64,000 nt of DNA from Selaginella moellendorffii (Eukaryota > Plantae > Lycopodiophyta), in NCBI RefSeq assembly GCF_000143415.4, contig NW_003314392.1:96390-160389 (forward strand), given 5' to 3'. The position numbers were made by a program, and so were the translations under genes. Positions within the stretch are counted from its first letter, which is position 1; each line of letters opens with the position of its first letter. The notes beneath the pieces are model-generated. The model searched no databases. It worked only from the letters and a program-made list of their open reading frames with translations, and had not been told where the DNA came from. Positions 60,349-64,000 of this stretch are shown in pieces.

Positions 60349-61973
60349 TCTGAAAGTGCAGAAAAGAAGTTAAGACCATACAAAAAATGATTGGAGAATG
60401 GCCTAAATCATAACATACCAAACAACCTCAATAGCATGAGGCCACATGCCATTATTCAAACATGCTATTGACACCCACGTGAAATTTCGCATTCACAAAA
60501 TTGGCATGAGCCCTCATGCCATCTTGATATACACACAACTGCAGGCAAGTAAAAACATACATGACAATACGCTAGCCATGAAATTGCAAGGGCCCAAGAT
60601 GGCATGTGGCCTCATGCCATTTCTAAATGTGGTCCTAAGCCATTCCATGGTGAACATACCAGGAAGCACAAGTGCCGAATATCAAGAGGAAGCGGTAGCC
60701 ACACCAAAGACAGTGCCGCTCGCAACACCGCAACTACTCGTAGCGCCGCTCGCAACACCGCAACTGCTCGTAGCGCCGCTCGCACAAACTGCCACTCGCA
60801 TAAACTGCCGCTCGCAATGGCGCTCGCAATGCCGCAACCGCTCGTAGACGCATAAACCACAGCCCACAACGCCGCTTACACAAGCAGCGCTCACTGCGCT
60901 CAGCGAAACCAAGAACACGGCGCACAAAAATGATAGACCTAGGAATGAGTTCGAGAATTCAAAAATAACACACGCTTGAACGTCACATCAAATCCTCTGA
61001 CAAACTAGATCTTATGATTCCTCTGACAAATTTCAAACTGAGTAGCTTCTAGATTTTGCTGTCGGAGGTTGAACTTTGTCACATCATGTCCTTGCCTCGA
61101 TCCAGCTGTGCCATGTCAGTGATTCGAACTTTGCCATGCCATGTCAGCGATCCGCGCCAAGATTATTCGCCGTGTAAAGGAATAATTATGCTGTGTGTAC
61201 GTCCATTTATGGCAATATAAGGCCACACGCCATTCAAAGAATAATGCTCGACATAAGGCCACACGCCATTCAAAGAATAATGCTAGTCGAGCATTTTTTG
61301 GTGCATTTTTGGGTTCAAAATTGCATGAGCCCACACGCTATAAAGTTTACCTGTACCAAAAATAGAAACAGCTTTATTTACTTGGGAATTTAAGTGGTTG
61401 AGGCATTTTTAAACTTACAAACACATGCCCTACTTACATTCCTTTGGTTGCTTAAAATTCAAAAATATTATAAACCTTTCTTTTTGCATTTTCAATGTTT
61501 TCAATTATGGTTTTTGATTTTCGTAGGACCAGCCTAGTAATCTATTTGCATCCCGTCATGTTTATAGCTAGCTTTCGTTTGTCCCCTTCGCTAGCCTGAG
61601 ATACATCTGCTCGGCATCTGCCTCTTACAGCATTTGCCCAGAAAGGGCATCTTTCTTCACGCAGCATTTGCCACATATTTAGGGTATAGGGTTTAGGGTT
61701 TAGGGTTTAGCAATTCAGTAGCTTGATAAACATGCAAATACAGAACTTGATGCAAAATCCTTTGATATGTCACAATGCCCCTAGGACCATAAACACATTT
61801 CAATAGAGAGGGTCCTTTCATTTCATAACTCCTTACGTAGATCTTGGTGAAACCAGAGTTAGTGAAGTTAGTTTCTTGTGATCCCGCATCTGATTGTGAT
61901 GTCCCTTTGCAGTTTCGATGGAAAGGTCAATGCACACCAAACTATAAAATCTTGGAGCAAAATAACGGTCAGT

Positions 61974-62034
61974 GGCCTAGTGGCAGAGACCCCCAATCTA
62001 AAAACAAGTCCACTCAAATAGGTCCCTGGGTCGA
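61974..62034 (+). pseudogene. Inverted remnant of the array RNA gene (box A to mid box B)
   Basis: ggcctagtggcagagacccccaatctaaaaacaagtccactcaaataggtccctgggtcga is the exact reverse complement of the unit segment. Confidence 0.93.
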
Positions 62035-64000
62035 TGCAACGTGTATGTACATTTCTCCAAGTCCCTTAGGGACTGATACAAAAAACAAGAATCCCTTAGC
62101 GTTGTTCACTCAACTACGCTGTCCTGCAATTCTCCACCTAATAGTGATCGCTGCCCTCCAATCGTGGCTGCTGTGGTCGTCGCCTCCGCAGTGCATCCAG
62201 TGCCAGATCGCCACGTCGAGCCTCCTTTGTTACCGTGTCCGAAGGTCTCCATTTCCACTTGACCTCCCCCTTGTGTTCAGTTCCGTAGCACGGAGTCCAT
62301 AGTCGTCGCCAAGCTGTGAGTGCCTCCTTGTCTTTCCCATGCTCCTGGAGCATCGTATCCCTCAAGCGGATAGCAGCCAGTGTGAGCCTCCACCAATTCG
62401 CCATGATCGCTGAAATCCGAGCGCACTGTCCTTCGAAGTGGTTGCGGTTCCGAGCCTCCCAGAGTGCCTGTACCCCGGAAGCCCGCCATACCTCCCATCT
62501 CGCCCGTCCAAGGGCCTCCCACACTGTAGTCCCAACTTCGGCGCCTACCGCGTCCCACCTAACTCGGGTGCCCCATCCTGAGCGTCCCCAACACCCGATC
62601 TTCCGCCAAGCTGCTCCTGTGCATGGTCCCCTTGCCTCTGGAAACCATTGGGTGACATCCCCTTCTCGAATTTCGAAATCCTGTTTGTCCCCTAGTTCCC
62701 TCGTCGCTTTTGCTACCTACCGCCACGTCTCCTTGGCCACGTCACAATCCCAGAGGAGGTGTGTGACCGTCTCCAGTTCCCCGCATTCCGGACACCCGTG
62801 AGCATTCTCCACTTGAAATTGCTGGCCTACTGGCAGCCCATTCATCGCCACGAGCCAAGAGGTTACCTTTGATTTTTCCTGGATCAGTAGTTTCCAGAAC
62901 GCCACGGTATTGTCAATCACCTGGTCCGCCTCCACTCCTAGTGCGATCCACTTTTGCCACAGTCATGGGATTTCTTCTCTCTCAAATTCCCTGTTCACCA
63001 TCAAACCGTTCCGCGCATCCTTGACCTCGTAAGTGAAGAAGCTGTTCGCCCCGCGTCTCCATGCTGCTGGGTCCCAGTCCAGATCTTCTATTAACTCTTT
63101 CCTCCACCATACTAGCCGTCCCTCTCCTTCTAGCCAGCATGGTGACTCTACCACTTCTGTCCGAGTTGCTGTCTGTCTTAGAACCCGGATTTGTCCTTTC
63201 ACTTCATCATCCGTGACCTGCGGCATCTGTTGGGGATTCCCCGCCTCGAGGAGTGTGTCGCCTCTCACTACACGAAAAGGCCTACCGAGGTTTTAGTCTG
63301 GGTCTGTCACAAACCACACCTCAATCTCCCCCTCATTCCACGCTGGGGTTGGCATCGTGAATGCCCGAGTCCATTTCCCAAGTGGTACCTGCTCGCCATC
63401 CGACGTCTCCTCCCTTTGAATTGCCACAAAGTCCCCAGTGTGTAGCCTTCTTGCTGGCCATTTATCCACTGTCCATGCTTTTGTCACTGCCCGCAGTAGC
63501 TTCAGTAGATCCCACTGCACGTCCCGCCATTTCCCTGGCCCAAAAACTTGGAAGCGCCGGGACGATTTCTGTGGATCCGGATCTACCACTCCAACTAGTT
63601 GTTTGACTGTCCTGAAGCCTCCTTGGTGTACCCGCCTCCATATGGTGTAGTGATTCTCTCGGCCTAGTGTCCTGTCTCCTGCCTTGAACAACTCGTTGAA
63701 AAACAGCGGCTGATTCAGCCAGTCCTCTACCCTATTCTGGATGACCTGCGTCACTGGAAATGACTTCCAGAGCCGATGGAGACCCTGGACCAACTGGCCT
63801 CCCCCTACCACCTGTGTTTGGCCCTCCGCGAACATCCAGCGGGGGTCCTCATCCCACACTCTTGCGAATCCATGCTTCGGCCTGATGGCTAGCATGCTCT
63901 GCCTGAACAAGAGCTTCCAAGCTTGGGCCCCCGGTTGAAGGCCCATTAGTATGACTTTGTACCTCAGCGCCTTGCTCATGTCGCTTGGGTCAATTATCCC
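62035..64000 (-). mobile_element. 3' part of a diverged sister LINE (family B); ORF2 C-terminus with stops/frameshifts
   Basis: Fragments WLNQPLFFN, LIEDLDWDPAAWRRG, CPECGELETVTHLLWDC and VQALWEARNR are homologous to family A. The 3' end ...acacgttgca joins the same target. Confidence 0.93.

Overview
Eukaryotic, most likely plant, repetitive region. Supporting signs are TTTAGGG motifs, a plant-type L1 ORF1, a tRNA-iMet PBS and ~50-nt GT-AG introns. No ordinary host gene is recognisable. 1-23203 is a nearly homogeneous tandem array of a 1249-bp GC-rich unit, with a 100-N gap at 6028-6127. Its long six-frame ORFs look spurious. Each unit instead carries, on the minus strand, a ~92-95 nt candidate RNA polymerase III gene with an upstream AT box, box A, box B, a perfect terminal stem and a T5 terminator. 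It does not fold as a tRNA, is not 5S or a U snRNA, and has a vault-RNA-like panhandle architecture. At the array edge, four retro-insertions share the same 3' junction inside box B of this gene (16-bp target TCGACCCAGGGACCTA), all antisense to the RNA and all lacking poly(A). They are two copies of an L1/Tx1-type LINE (23204-31476, 34454-42620), a diverged sister LINE (62035->64000, minus) and a 1.7-kb non-coding element (31511-33188) that shares the last 38 nt of the sister LINE. Between 43.5 and 62 kb lie two defective copies of a DDE/DDD-type DNA transposon, a spliced accessory gene and a young non-autonomous LTR element (50238-57399). Best candidate for an undescribed system: an unknown tandem Pol III small-RNA gene family, the sequence-specific LINEs that target it, and their non-autonomous hitchhiker. 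All calls come from reading the sequence by eye; no searches were run.
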